The position numbers were made by a program, and so were the translations under genes. Shown here piece after piece: positions 9,305 through 22,594 of a stretch of 32,000 bases of DNA. Under the pieces are notes generated by a model. That model ran no database searches. It saw nothing but the letters and a program-made list of their open reading frames with translations, and was not told where the DNA came from. Where the stretch lies: NCBI RefSeq assembly GCF_001644705.1, contig NZ_CP015137.1, forward strand, positions 1,140,001 through 1,172,000. The letters are read 5' to 3'. Numbering within the stretch: the stretch's first letter is position 1; every line of letters starts with the position of its first letter. Source of the stretch: Dickeya solani IPO 2222 (GTDB lineage Bacteria > Pseudomonadota > Gammaproteobacteria > Enterobacterales > Enterobacteriaceae).

Positions 9305-10436
9305 TCTGCCGCCGCTCAGCCTGTACATTCACATTCCCTGGTGCGTACAGAAGTGCCCCTATTGCGACTTCAACTCTCACGCGCTGAAAGGCGAGGTGCC
9401 CCACGACGACTACGTGGCGCACCTGCTGGCGGATCTGGACGCCGACCTGCCGCTGGCGGGCGGGCGGCCGCTGCACAGCATTTTTATCGGCGGCGGCACG
9501 CCGAGCCTGCTCAGCGCCGAGGCGATGCAACAGTTGCTGGATGGCGTGCGGGCGCGATTGTCCTTGCCGGCCGAGGCGGAAATCACCATGGAAGCGAATC
9601 CCGGTACGGTGGAAGCCGACCGGTTCAGCGGCTACCAGCGGGCGGGCATTAACCGGATTTCCATCGGCGTGCAGAGTTTCAGCCCGGATAAGCTGACGCG
9701 GCTGGGCCGCATCCACGGTCCGGAAGAGGCCAGGCGCGCCGCACGGCTGGCCGCCGGCCTGGGGTTGCGCAGTTTTAATCTGGACCTGATGCACGGGCTG
9801 CCGGAGCAATCGCTGGACGAGGCGCTGGACGACCTGCGTCAGGCCATCGCGCTTAACCCGCCGCACCTGTCCTGGTATCAGTTGACCATCGAGCCGAATA
9901 CCCTGTTTGGTTCGCGTCCGCCGGTGCTACCGGACGACGACGCGCTGTGGGACATTTTCGAGCAGGGTCACCGTTTGCTGAGCGACGCCGGGTATCAGCA
10001 GTATGAAACCTCGGCCTACGCCAAACCGGGTTACCAGTGCCAGCACAACCTCAATTACTGGCGCTTCGGCGATTATCTGGGCATCGGCTGCGGCGCTCAC
10101 GGCAAAATCACCTTCGCCGACGGTCGCATTATGCGCACGGTGAAAACCCGCCATCCGCGCGGCTATATGCAAGGCAACTACCTGCAGCAACGCAGCGAGG
10201 TGGCGATGACCGACCGGCCGTTCGAGTTTTTCATGAACCGTTTCCGGCTGCTGGAACCGGCGCCGCGCGCTGATTTCACCGCCTATACCGGGCTACCGGA
10301 AAGCGTAATCCGTCCGCACATCGACGCCGCGCTGGCACAAGGCTACCTGACCGAAACCGAGCAGTACTGGCAGGTGACCGAACACGGCAAACTGTTTCTT
10401 AACTCGTTGCTGGAGCTGTTTCTGGCGGAAGAATGA
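9297..10436 (+). CDS. hemW: Radical-SAM heme chaperone HemW (YggW)
   Basis: [28 protein letters not shown] carries the CxxxCxxC radical-SAM motif and is colinear with E. coli HemW to the C-terminus [13 protein letters not shown]. The start overlaps the rdgB stop by 8 nt. Confidence 0.9.
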   Translation: MLNLPPLSLYIHIPWCVQKCPYCDFNSHALKGEVPHDDYVAHLLADLDADLPLAGGRPLHSIFIGGGTPSLLSAEAMQQLLDGVRARLSLPAEAEITMEANPGTVEADRFSGYQRAGINRISIGVQSFSPDKLTRLGRIHGPEEARRAARLAAGLGLRSFNLDLMHGLPEQSLDEALDDLRQAIALNPPHLSWYQLTIEPNTLFGSRPPVLPDDDALWDIFEQGHRLLSDAGYQQYETSAYAKPGYQCQHNLNYWRFGDYLGIGCGAHGKITFADGRIMRTVKTRHPRGYMQGNYLQQRSEVAMTDRPFEFFMNRFRLLEPAPRADFTAYTGLPESVIRPHIDAALAQGYLTETEQYWQVTEHGKLFLNSLLELFLAEE

Positions 10437-10567
10437 GTAGCGAAGAGACCGGGCTACAGCACAAAAATCTGTCTTAACAGGCTGACAACATGTTGAATTC
10501 CGGCATGGGATTATGACAAAGTGAAGTCGGGATTTGCCCCGCTATACGCTATAAAAGGTAAACCACC

Positions 10568-10696
10568 ATGAAAACCCTTATCTTACTGGTCGCAACCCTA
10601 TTCATGGCGACGGCGTTGAGCGGCTGCAACACCGCTCGCGGATTTGGTCAGGACGTTCAGAAACTCGGCAGTTCGATCTCCCATACCGCCAGTTGA
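10568..10696 (+). CDS. ecnA: Entericidin-family small lipoprotein (42 aa)
   Basis: My own translation gives MKTLILLVATLFMATALSGCNTARGFGQDVQKLGSSISHTAS. It has a signal peptide plus an LSGC lipobox. The mature part matches E. coli EcnA (CNTARGFGEDIKHLGNSISRAAS) closely. It is below the ORF-track size cutoff and is followed by a hairpin. Confidence 0.75.
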   Translation: MKTLILLVATLFMATALSGCNTARGFGQDVQKLGSSISHTAS

Positions 10697-10701
10697 CCGG
10701 C

Positions 10702-10739
10702 GCCCCGCTTGCCGTGCAGGCAGCGGGGCCACCGTTTTA
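10702..10739 (+). terminator. Hairpin/terminator between the convergent ecn-like and elaA-like genes
   Basis: GCCCCGCTTGCC-GTGCA-GGCAGCGGGGC (one bulged T), followed 4 nt later by GTTTT. It lies 5 nt after the ecn stop and 10 nt before the elaA-like stop. Confidence 0.5.
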
Positions 10740-10748
10740 GAACAACCA

Positions 10749-11204
10749 TTACCCTGCCGTTCGCATCGGCACGTGAGGAATACCATCCTCGTCGTAACCG
10801 TCGCCACACACCACAAATCCAAATTGCTGGTAGAAATGCTGCAAATGCGCCTGCGCGGACAGGTATTGCGCCCGTCCCGGCCAGTGTCGGGCACAGGCGG
10901 CCTGCGAATGCATCAACAACTGATGCCCGAACTGTTGACCGCGTGCCTCGGGGGCGACCACCACCCGGCCGATGGTCACCGCGTCCTGCCCGTCATGAGG
11001 CGCAAGCAAGCGCGCGCAGGCAATCAGCTTACCGTTTTGCCAGGCGGTCACATGGCGGTTGCCGTCCACCAGATCCAGACCGTCCGCATCCTGATAGGCG
11101 CACTGCTGCTCCACCACAAAGACCTGGCTGCGCAGGCGCAGAATGTCGTACAGCGCATACGGGTTCAGGTCTTTCACACTCCAATCATGCCAAATCAGGC
11201 TCAT
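10749..11204 (-). CDS. elaA: ElaA-family GNAT N-acetyltransferase
   Basis: 151 aa. LYDILRLRSQVFVVEQQCAYQDADGLDL..GNRHV, IGRVVVAPEARGQQFGHQLL and AQAHLQHFYQQFGF...YDEDGIPHV are colinear with E. coli ElaA. A GGGAGAGG SD precedes the start, which lies 11 nt after the lplT stop. Confidence 0.85.
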   Translation of the reverse strand: MSLIWHDWSVKDLNPYALYDILRLRSQVFVVEQQCAYQDADGLDLVDGNRHVTAWQNGKLIACARLLAPHDGQDAVTIGRVVVAPEARGQQFGHQLLMHSQAACARHWPGRAQYLSAQAHLQHFYQQFGFVVCGDGYDEDGIPHVPMRTAG

Positions 11205-11215
11205 TACCTCTCCCG

Positions 11216-12457
11216 TTATTTATTCTCATCAGAGGTATTCGCGGCCGCCGGGGCCGGCCGGCGCCGCCACTGGGTGGTCTGCACCCAGACCCACAGCCCG
11301 GCAATGGCTAGTGCAAACAGCGCGCCGAAGCCGATGCCGATCGCCAGCACCGGCACGCCGACCTTCACCGCCAGCGAGTAGAGCGCCAGCATCAACAGCA
11401 TGGCGCCGTTTTCGCCCAGATTCTGCACCGCAATGGCGTTGCCCGCCCCCACGCTTTCCCGGCCGCGCTCCTGTAACAGCGCATTAAGCGGCACGATGAA
11501 AAAGCCGCCCAGCGCCCCCAGTACCAGCAGGCAGGCGTACGCGTTAATCAGGCTGTGTTGCAGGGTGAACACCACCACCATCACGCCGATCAATACCCCG
11601 GCGGGCAGGCAGCGTCGTACAGTTTTCAGCGTCACCAGCTTACCGGCCGCCGCCGCGCCGACCACAATCCCCACCGCCACCATGGCGTTGAGCAGCGTCG
11701 GCGTCGAATTGTCGTTGATGCCCAGCGCCAGCGGCACCCACAGCACCAGCAGGAAACGCAGCGTCACGCCCGCCCCCCAGAACATACCGGTGCCGACCAG
11801 CGAAAACCGGGTTTCGCCGTTGCGCCACAGCACGCGGCAGGCGTCAAAGAACGAGCGGGTCATGCGCGCCGGGCGCCAGGACGCGCCGGGGCGGGCGGGC
11901 GCCAGTTTCGGAATCAGCAGGTTGGCGGCCAGCGCAATGCCGTAGGCCAACGCACACACCGCCAGCGCGCCGTAGATATGCCAGTCGGCCAAGACGCCGC
12001 CCACCACCGAGCCGGTAAGAATGGCGGCGATGGTGGAAGCTTCCATCAGGCCGTTGGCTTTCACCAACTGATCGCCGCGGGTGATTTCCCCCAGAATGCC
12101 GTATTTGGCCGGGGAATAGGCCGCCGCGCCCAGCCCCACCAGCGTGTAGCCCAGAAACGGATTGCCGCCCAGACAGATCAGCAATGCGCCGGCCAGCTTC
12201 AGGGCGTTGGCGAACATCATCACCCGCCCCTTGGCGAAACTGTCGGCGAATTGGCCGACAAACGGCGCCAGCACGATATAGGCGGCGACAAATCCCATCT
12301 GCAGGAAAGGCTGGCTCCAGTCGGGATACGCCAGCGATTTCACCAGTGCCAGCGTGGCGAACAGCAGCGCGTTATCGCCGAAGGCGGAGAAAAACTGCGC
12401 CACCATCACCGCGTTCATACCGCGGGAAAACAGCGAGGGCGAGGTCTGGTTGCTCAT
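11216..12457 (-). CDS. lplT: Lysophospholipid transporter LplT (MFS)
   Basis: 413 aa and colinear with E. coli LplT ([79 protein letters not shown]...[15 protein letters not shown]). An ATGA overlap joins it to the aas stop. Confidence 0.92.
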   Translation of the reverse strand: MSNQTSPSLFSRGMNAVMVAQFFSAFGDNALLFATLALVKSLAYPDWSQPFLQMGFVAAYIVLAPFVGQFADSFAKGRVMMFANALKLAGALLICLGGNPFLGYTLVGLGAAAYSPAKYGILGEITRGDQLVKANGLMEASTIAAILTGSVVGGVLADWHIYGALAVCALAYGIALAANLLIPKLAPARPGASWRPARMTRSFFDACRVLWRNGETRFSLVGTGMFWGAGVTLRFLLVLWVPLALGINDNSTPTLLNAMVAVGIVVGAAAAGKLVTLKTVRRCLPAGVLIGVMVVVFTLQHSLINAYACLLVLGALGGFFIVPLNALLQERGRESVGAGNAIAVQNLGENGAMLLMLALYSLAVKVGVPVLAIGIGFGALFALAIAGLWVWVQTTQWRRRPAPAAANTSDENK

Positions 12458-14652
12458 GCATCATGCTCCAATTGCGCATCCGGAGCATCGTCAGCCCCGC
12501 CAGCGGGTTGTTCCGCCAGTTGGCGCAACGTGACGAAGTCCGGTTTACCGCTGCCCAACAACGGCAGCTCTTTCAGGTAACGAATATCGCGCGGCACCGC
12601 CAGTTCCGGCACGCCGCTCTGGCGCGCTTGCGCCAGCAGGCTGTCGCGGGTAAGACCGGCATCGGTGGTAAACAGCACCAGCGCTTCTCCTTTGCTGCTG
12701 TCGCTGCGGGCGCTGGCGGCGTGCTGCGCCTGCGGCGATACCTGATTCGCCAGTTGCTCCACGCTCTCCAGCGACACCATTTCCCCGGCCAGCTTAGCGA
12801 AGCGCTTAACACGGCCGACGATGGTGCAAAAGCCCTGCGTGTCCAGACTGACGATATCGCCGGTGTCGTACCAGCTCGCTTCACGCTGGCCCAGCTCGTT
12901 TTCCGCCGCCGGCAACTCCAGCTCACCGGGGTTTTCCACCCGCAGGTAGCCTTTCATCACGTTCGGCCCGCGCAGTTGCAGACGGCCGCCGTGATGGATG
13001 CCCGGCACCGGGATCAACCGCGACTCGATACCCGGCAACAGCCGGCCGACGGAATGCAGTTTGCAGGCCATCGGCACGTTGATTGCCACCACCGGCGCGC
13101 ACTCGGTCACGCCGTAGCCTTCCAGAATGCGGATGCCGAATTTGTCCTGCCATACGGTCCGCACTCGTTCGGACAGTTTTTCCGCCCCGGCCACCACGTA
13201 GCGCAAGCGGGCGAAATCGTACGGATGGGCGAAGCGCGCATAGTGCCCGAGGAAGGTGGAGGTGCCGAACAGCACGGTACAGTTGCGGTCATATACCAGT
13301 TCCGGCACGATGCGGTAATGCAACGGGCTCGGGTAGAGAAACACCCGTGCGCCGGTCATCAGCGGCGTCAGCAGCCCCACCGTCAGCCCGAAGGCGTGGA
13401 ACAGCGGCAGCGCCGACATAAAACGGTCGCGCGGCGTGAAATCGGCCACGGTGCGGATCTGCTCCACGTTGGCCGTCAGGCTATTGTGGGTATGCACCAC
13501 CCCTTTCGGGTTGCCTTCCGAGCCGGAGGTAAACAGGATGATCGCCGCGTCGTCCGGCTGTTGCGGGCGCATGGCGCGCAGCGGGAACAGCAGGTGGAAC
13601 AGAATCCACAGTTTGTCCGACAGCGTGACGGTATCCTTCAAGTCTTCCAGATAGACCCAGTTAGCCTCTTTCACCTGCTGCGGCAGGTGGGTCAATTTGC
13701 CTTTTTCCAGAAACTGCCGCGAAGTGACGATGGTTTTGATCCGCGCCGCGGTCATCGCGTTCTGGATCCCTTTCGCCCCGGCGGTGTAATTCAGCATTGC
13801 CGGTACCCGGTTGCCGAGCGACGCGCCGAGAATCGTAGCGGCGGTGACGGTGGCGTTGGGCAGCAGCAGCCCGACATGTTCGCGCTCGCCGGTAAAGCGC
13901 TGCAGGATGCGCGCCACCCCCAGCGATTTTTTCAGCAGGCCGTGGTAGCTGTCTTCCTTCAGGTTGATGTCTTCAATACAGGGCGAGTGGTAGCCGTAAC
14001 GGTCGCAGGCGGCCAGAAACGCCTGATACAAGGTGTGGCGCGGGCGCACCGCCATGCGCGCGTCCATCATGATACGGTGCAATGCTTCCCCCGCCAGTTC
14101 GCGGCGCTCACGCGCCGAATTCGCCACCGGCATCGGTAGTGGGACCGGCGGCAAAAAGTGCAGGGAAACCGGCGGGAACAGGCGGCAACGCAACACCCCG
14201 CCCAGACGGCCGAAATGGGTGAACTCCGGTCCTTCGATGCGTACCGGCACCACGGTTGCGCCTGAACGGGCGGCGACGAACGCCGCGCCGCTGTAGATTT
14301 TCATCAGCGAGCCGCTGACGGTAATGCGCCCTTCCGGGAACACCACCACCGGGCGCCCCTGCTCCACCAGCCGGATCAACTGCTTGATAGCCAGCGGCTT
14401 GCTCGGGTCCAGCGGCAAAAAATCGATGTACGGTTTCAGCCAACGCATGAACCAACGGTCGGCGATGCTGGAATAAACGGCGAACACCGGCTTGCTTTGC
14501 ACCGGCAGAAACAGCGCCATCAACACGCCATCAAGGAATGAAACGTGGTTTGGGGTAATCAATATCTTCGACTGCCGGAAACTGCTTTCATCACCCGTGA
14601 TCTGAATGCGATACAGTTGCTTCAGCGCCCAGCGTAAAAAGGTATAAATCAT
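12454..14652 (-). CDS. aas: Bifunctional 2-acylglycerophosphoethanolamine acyltransferase / acyl-ACP synthetase
   Basis: 732 aa and colinear with E. coli Aas ([74 protein letters not shown]). A GGGAGGTGG SD precedes the start. Confidence 0.95.
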   Translation of the reverse strand: MIYTFLRWALKQLYRIQITGDESSFRQSKILITPNHVSFLDGVLMALFLPVQSKPVFAVYSSIADRWFMRWLKPYIDFLPLDPSKPLAIKQLIRLVEQGRPVVVFPEGRITVSGSLMKIYSGAAFVAARSGATVVPVRIEGPEFTHFGRLGGVLRCRLFPPVSLHFLPPVPLPMPVANSARERRELAGEALHRIMMDARMAVRPRHTLYQAFLAACDRYGYHSPCIEDINLKEDSYHGLLKKSLGVARILQRFTGEREHVGLLLPNATVTAATILGASLGNRVPAMLNYTAGAKGIQNAMTAARIKTIVTSRQFLEKGKLTHLPQQVKEANWVYLEDLKDTVTLSDKLWILFHLLFPLRAMRPQQPDDAAIILFTSGSEGNPKGVVHTHNSLTANVEQIRTVADFTPRDRFMSALPLFHAFGLTVGLLTPLMTGARVFLYPSPLHYRIVPELVYDRNCTVLFGTSTFLGHYARFAHPYDFARLRYVVAGAEKLSERVRTVWQDKFGIRILEGYGVTECAPVVAINVPMACKLHSVGRLLPGIESRLIPVPGIHHGGRLQLRGPNVMKGYLRVENPGELELPAAENELGQREASWYDTGDIVSLDTQGFCTIVGRVKRFAKLAGEMVSLESVEQLANQVSPQAQHAASARSDSSKGEALVLFTTDAGLTRDSLLAQARQSGVPELAVPRDIRYLKELPLLGSGKPDFVTLRQLAEQPAGGADDAPDAQLEHDA

Positions 14653-14913
14653 CCCACCTCCCTATGTGTAAACAGTGACCCTGTCCGGTGTGGACCCGCC
14701 CGCCGCCGATGGTTCACGCCCGAACGTTCTCATCAGGCATTCACTCTCGCCGCCGCCATAATTGCGCCCAGGATAGCGCGCGCACCGCGGCGCAGCTCCC
14801 CGTCAACGGGTTCACCATACCATAAACCACACCAACATTAGCGATGAAAACACCGCCGGAACACGCGGCCACAGGGAGTCAAAAAACAGCCGAAAATCAT
14901 CAGGCTGCGGCGA

Positions 14914-14942
14914 GGAAATATCGGGCGGGTGGCGGCCCGCCC
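14914..14942 (-). terminator. Weak rho-independent terminator candidate after the distal GH1 gene
   Basis: On the minus strand, GGGCGGG-CCGCCA-CCCGCCC (14942->14923) starts 10 nt after the stop and is followed by GATATTT. The U-tract is short and interrupted. Confidence 0.35.
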
Positions 14943-14951
14943 AGGGAGGGG

Positions 14952-16358
<1,407 letters not shown>

Positions 16359-16403
16359 TTACCTATCCGATAAAGCCGGCGGCACGCGCCACCGGCGTCT
16401 GGG

Positions 16404-19827
<3,424 letters not shown>

Positions 19828-19906
19828 GGCAATTCCTCTTTCCAGAAAGAAATCTTACGATTTCTGCAACAACCGCCCGGTATTTACCGTAGCGCCTTGT
19901 TCCTCT

Positions 19907-19971
19907 GGGGTTTGCCTGCGTCAGCGGATATCGCGTCGTCTCCGGCGAATCACCGCTGCCAGTAACAAGCC
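19907..19971 (-). promoter_or_regulatory. RAT-like element (second, intercistronic) with a 41-nt expanded apical loop
   Basis: The minus strand reads GGCTTGTTACTG-[GCAGCGG...CCGCTGACG]-CAGGCAAACCCC. The flanks match the BglG/SacY RAT consensus GGATTGTTACTG-loop-CAGGCAAAACC. The insert can itself pair (CAGCGG/CCGCTG). I found no convincing overlapping terminator, only a weak AGAAATC-GTAA-GATTTCT+UUCU hairpin at 19865->19842. Confidence 0.45.
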
Positions 19972-19985
19972 TATTCGGAATGATG

Positions 19986-20041
19986 TATACCCTTCATACG
20001 TCAAGTTGCAGGAAGGCGGCAACTCGAATTACTTTGGGTAA
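19986..20041. repeat. Mini-ERIC/IRU-like palindromic repeat (internally deleted form)
   Basis: TATACCCTTCATACGTCAAGTTGCAGGAAGGCGGCAACTCGAATTACTTTGGGTAA. The ends and arms resemble, from memory, the ERIC termini (TATACCC...AATTCGAGTTGCAGGAAGGCGGCAA / GCAACTTGAAGTATGACGGGTATA). It is an imperfect palindrome around AGTTGC-N9-GCAACT. Confidence 0.6.
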
Positions 20042-20870
20042 GATGATGAATCATATTATCGATATGAATGGTCAGATAGAGCTTCTCCGAATTGGTCATG
20101 GTGTGTTGGTGGTTTTTTTTGATAAAGGTATTGATGGCCTCCACACAGCCCAGCGTTTTTTGATAGCGTTGCTGAACCATGGTAAATAAATCGCCGTCGT
20201 CATTATCCAGCGAAGTGCCTTCCACCACCCGCTGAGAAAAAAACTTCAGGTGGGTAATGAAACGGTGATAATTGCCGTTGCTTTCATCCAGCGGTACCTG
20301 AAAATAATATTTGACGATATTCTGCACCTGATAAATCAGCTGCGTAATCTGCTTCATATTGCCAATATTGTCGCCAAGCTCGGCATTGACGATATGCAGC
20401 GCAATACTGCATGCCTCATCTTCCGGCAGGCTGACGCCCAGCGTTTCGCGTATCAACGCGAGCGCCTGCTCCGCCACGGCATACTCTTGCTTGTAGAAGT
20501 GGCGCACTTCCCAGTGCAGCGGGTTCTGAATCAGGGTGCCGGTGCGCTGACACTGCAGGGCGAACGCGAGGTGATCGGCCAGCGTGACATAAATGCCTTC
20601 GCTCAATTTCTGCGGTAATTGCTTTTTTACCGTTTCGACAATGTCGCTGGTCAGCTGCAATATTTCCAGCGGGACTTCCTGAGCCAGGTCCTTAAAACGC
20701 GCGGAAATGACGTTATCCTGCAAACGGAATATTTTCTCCACCCGCGGCATTTCCACATTCTGCCCGGTTCGGGAATGAAAACCCAATCCACAACCGGTCA
20801 AGACAAGCTCCTGCCCCTGATTATCGATCACGCTGATCACATTATTATTCAGGACTTGAGTTATCTTCAT
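20001..20870 (-). CDS. BglG/ArbG/SacY-family transcriptional antiterminator (CAT RNA-binding domain + two PRDs)
   Basis: MKITQVLNNNVISVIDNQGQELVLTGCGLGF is the CAT domain. PRD-like repeats carry conserved His (e.g. ALHIVNA, FITHLKFF, LTIHID). ATG 20870 is preceded by GGAGAGA. The track start at 20900 adds 10 non-conserved codons. Confidence 0.9.
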   Translation of the reverse strand: MKITQVLNNNVISVIDNQGQELVLTGCGLGFHSRTGQNVEMPRVEKIFRLQDNVISARFKDLAQEVPLEILQLTSDIVETVKKQLPQKLSEGIYVTLADHLAFALQCQRTGTLIQNPLHWEVRHFYKQEYAVAEQALALIRETLGVSLPEDEACSIALHIVNAELGDNIGNMKQITQLIYQVQNIVKYYFQVPLDESNGNYHRFITHLKFFSQRVVEGTSLDNDDGDLFTMVQQRYQKTLGCVEAINTFIKKNHQHTMTNSEKLYLTIHIDNMIHHLTQSNSSCRLPAT

Positions 20871-20883
20871 CGCATCTCTCCTG

Positions 20884-20983
20884 AAAACAGAAACGGGCAA
20901 AACCTAAATACAGCAGACGGCGAAGTCAGTCGACTTCATACTGTTGCTGCACTTATGTTTTGCCCGCCGAACGGTAACAAGCC
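20884..20983 (-). promoter_or_regulatory. Leader RAT plus overlapping rho-independent terminator (BglG-type antitermination switch)
   Basis: The minus-strand RAT is GGCTTGTTACCGTTCGGCGGGCAAAAC (20983->20957). Its 3' GGGCAAAAC is also the left arm of a long imperfect hairpin closed by GTTTTGCCC (20903->20895) and followed by GTTTCTGTTTT. Inner pairs are CAGCA/TGCTG and GAAGTC/GACTTC. Confidence 0.75.
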
Positions 20984-20998
20984 TTATGCAATGAACCG

Positions 20999-21027
20999 AA
21001 ATTATCACTCGTTATTTTGAGCGTCAA
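20999..21027 (-). promoter_or_regulatory. Candidate sigma70 promoter of the beta-glucoside operon
   Basis: The minus strand has TTGACG (21027->21022), a 17-nt spacer, then TAATTT (21004->20999). It sits about 15 nt upstream of the RAT. This is prediction by eye only. Confidence 0.4.
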
Positions 21028-21105
21028 TCGCGCCCCCGTCAGGGGTAAGGATTTCTTTTTTATTTGTGACAAGGGTATTATTTTCCCGCCTGCCGGAACG
21101 CAGGC

Positions 21106-21197
21106 AAAAAAAAACCTACGCATCCGCGTAGGTTGGTGCAATTTGAATGGTTCAATGTGGAGAACACATCGATTTGTCACCCATCAATACCTCTGGG
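21106..21197 (-). ncRNA. omrA: OmrA/OmrB-family Hfq-dependent small RNA (single copy)
   Basis: The minus strand reads CCCAGAGGTATTGATGGGTGACAAATCGATGTGTTCTCCACATTGAACCATTCAAATTGCACCAACCTACGCGGATGCGTAGGTTTTTTTTT. The 5' seed CCCAGAGGUAUUGAU.GGUGA matches E. coli OmrA/B, as does the 3' end UUGCACCAACCU.CGCGGAUGCG.AGG+U9 (terminator CCTACGC-GGAT-GCGTAGG). It lies between aas and galR in the same orientation as in E. coli. A TAGAGT -10 sits 7 nt upstream of the 5' C. Confidence 0.9.
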
Positions 21198-21360
21198 ACT
21201 TGTTACTCTAAAGAGAGTCATCCCGAATCACTAGCGCAGAATCGAAAGATAAACGTTCGAAGTGCAACCAACTGTAAAATTCTCAGGTGAGCTGTAATAA
21301 AGCCGTGAAAAGCCGAGGTTATCGGGCAATTCGGCCGGTTTTTACCCACCGACGCCGACC

Positions 21361-21384
21361 GAAATTTAGCCGTCGGAAGACGGC
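21361..21384 (-). terminator. Weak terminator candidate after lpxO
   Basis: The minus strand has GCCGTC-TTCC-GACGGC (21384->21369) starting 12 nt after the TAG stop, followed by TAAATTTC. Confidence 0.35.
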
Positions 21385-21396
21385 CGTTCATTCAGA

Positions 21397-22299
21397 CTAT
21401 AGCGCCAGCCAGATCAGCGCGGCGATGCCGCCGAACAGCGACCACTTCACCAGATAGTAAACCGGCTTGTTCCAGCTTTTCAGCCGTTTGCCCACTTTTC
21501 TGATCGCATAGACATAGCGGAAGATCCGGTTGATCCCACCGGTGCGATCCGCGTCGGTATTGGGCGCGGCCGCCGCGCTCATCAGATTGCGCCCCACCCA
21601 GTGATTGACCGCCTGCGTCCAGCGATAGCGCATCGGCCGTTCGATATCGCAAAACAGGATCAGGCGGTTCTGACCGCTGGTGTTTTCCGCATAATGAATA
21701 TAGGTTTCGTCAAACAGCACGCCTTCGCCATCCCGCCAGCTGTAACGCTCGCCGTCGACCTCGATAAAGCAGCGGTCGTCGTTGGGCGTCTTCAGCCCCA
21801 GATGGTAACGCAGCGAACCGGCGTACGGGTCGCGGTGGCGCGGCAAACGGCTGCCATCCGGCAGGGTGGCGAACATCGCCGCCTTTACCGACGGCAGCGA
21901 ACGCAGCAACGCCGTGGTCTTGGGGCACATCACACCCGCGGAGGGATGGGCATCCTCATACCATTTCAGGTAGAAGCGTTTCCAGCCGGTCTTGAAGAAC
22001 GAGTTGAAACCGGCGTCGTTATAGCGATCCGACGCTTTGATTTCCTGCATCGCCAGCAGCGCTTCCCCCTCTTCCCGGATCATCTGCCAGTTCTCCTGCA
22101 ACACCGCCAGTTCGGGGAAATGGCCGGGCTTGAGATACGGCGTCACCGGGACGCGGGAAAACAAGTACATAAAGCCGTTGAGCGGCGCGGTAAAGGTCGA
22201 GTGGTCCGACAGTTGGCGCCAGAACTTATAACGTACGCGGCCACGAAAATGGACATAAGCGACCGCCAGAATAAACACCATCAGAATGACATATTTCAT
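21397..22299 (-). CDS. lpxO: Lipid A 2-hydroxylase LpxO (Asp/Asn beta-hydroxylase family, Fe(II)/2-OG dioxygenase)
   Basis: From MKYVILMVFILAVAYVHFRGRVRYKFWRQ it is colinear with Salmonella LpxO (DAGFNSFFK.GWKRFYLKWY, PSVKAAMFA.LP, HRDPYAGSLRYHLGL.TPN, YSWRDGE...FDETY.H.AEN, ILFCD.ERP). ATG 22299 is chosen; the track start at 22371 adds 24 non-conserved codons. Confidence 0.9.
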   Translation of the reverse strand: MKYVILMVFILAVAYVHFRGRVRYKFWRQLSDHSTFTAPLNGFMYLFSRVPVTPYLKPGHFPELAVLQENWQMIREEGEALLAMQEIKASDRYNDAGFNSFFKTGWKRFYLKWYEDAHPSAGVMCPKTTALLRSLPSVKAAMFATLPDGSRLPRHRDPYAGSLRYHLGLKTPNDDRCFIEVDGERYSWRDGEGVLFDETYIHYAENTSGQNRLILFCDIERPMRYRWTQAVNHWVGRNLMSAAAAPNTDADRTGGINRIFRYVYAIRKVGKRLKSWNKPVYYLVKWSLFGGIAALIWLAL

Positions 22300-22594
22300 G
22301 CAGTGACTTCCCTGAGAGCGATGAGCCCATCCTGCCCGTATGGGAGCAGCCGGCATATTGCCCGACGTCATTCCCGATACCGGGCATCCGCATCCGGCGC
22401 AGGATGACGGCCCGTTGAAGAAACACGAACATAACGTATGACAAACACTCTATTTACGCTTCACCAATATTGCTGCCTGATGGCGTATCACGACGCGCCG
22501 GCGGTGAAAGTTGCGATCCCCGCCTCTTGCGGCTACGGCCTAATTCCGTGACACTTTGGCAGTCGCTTGATTCAGCGCACCATTTTCACATTAA

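Noticed and set aside
12184-14139. 651-aa plus-strand ORF antisense to aas/lplT, and similar long antisense ORFs at 26136..27398, 27461..28582, 30929..31933, 15858..16325 and 18409..19383
   Set aside because: These are typical GC-rich antisense shadow ORFs, very rich in Arg/His/Gln/Gly with no motifs. Each is fully covered by a strongly supported gene on the other strand.
21065-21080. TGTGA-N6-TATTA CRP-like site upstream of the beta-glucoside operon promoter
   Set aside because: Only one half-site is good, and its position (about -80) relative to an unverified promoter is not compelling.
20953-21211. Small ORFs 20953..21180 (-) and 21017..21211 (+)
   Set aside because: They span the RAT leader, the promoter and the Omr sRNA. 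These non-coding features explain the sequence better, and the ORFs have no SD.
21196-21225. GGACTTGTTACTCTAAAGAGAGTC on the plus strand, superficially RAT-like
   Set aside because: It does not fold like a RAT beyond a 5-bp stem and has no downstream PTS gene on that strand. On the minus strand it is simply the -10/spacer region of the Omr sRNA promoter.
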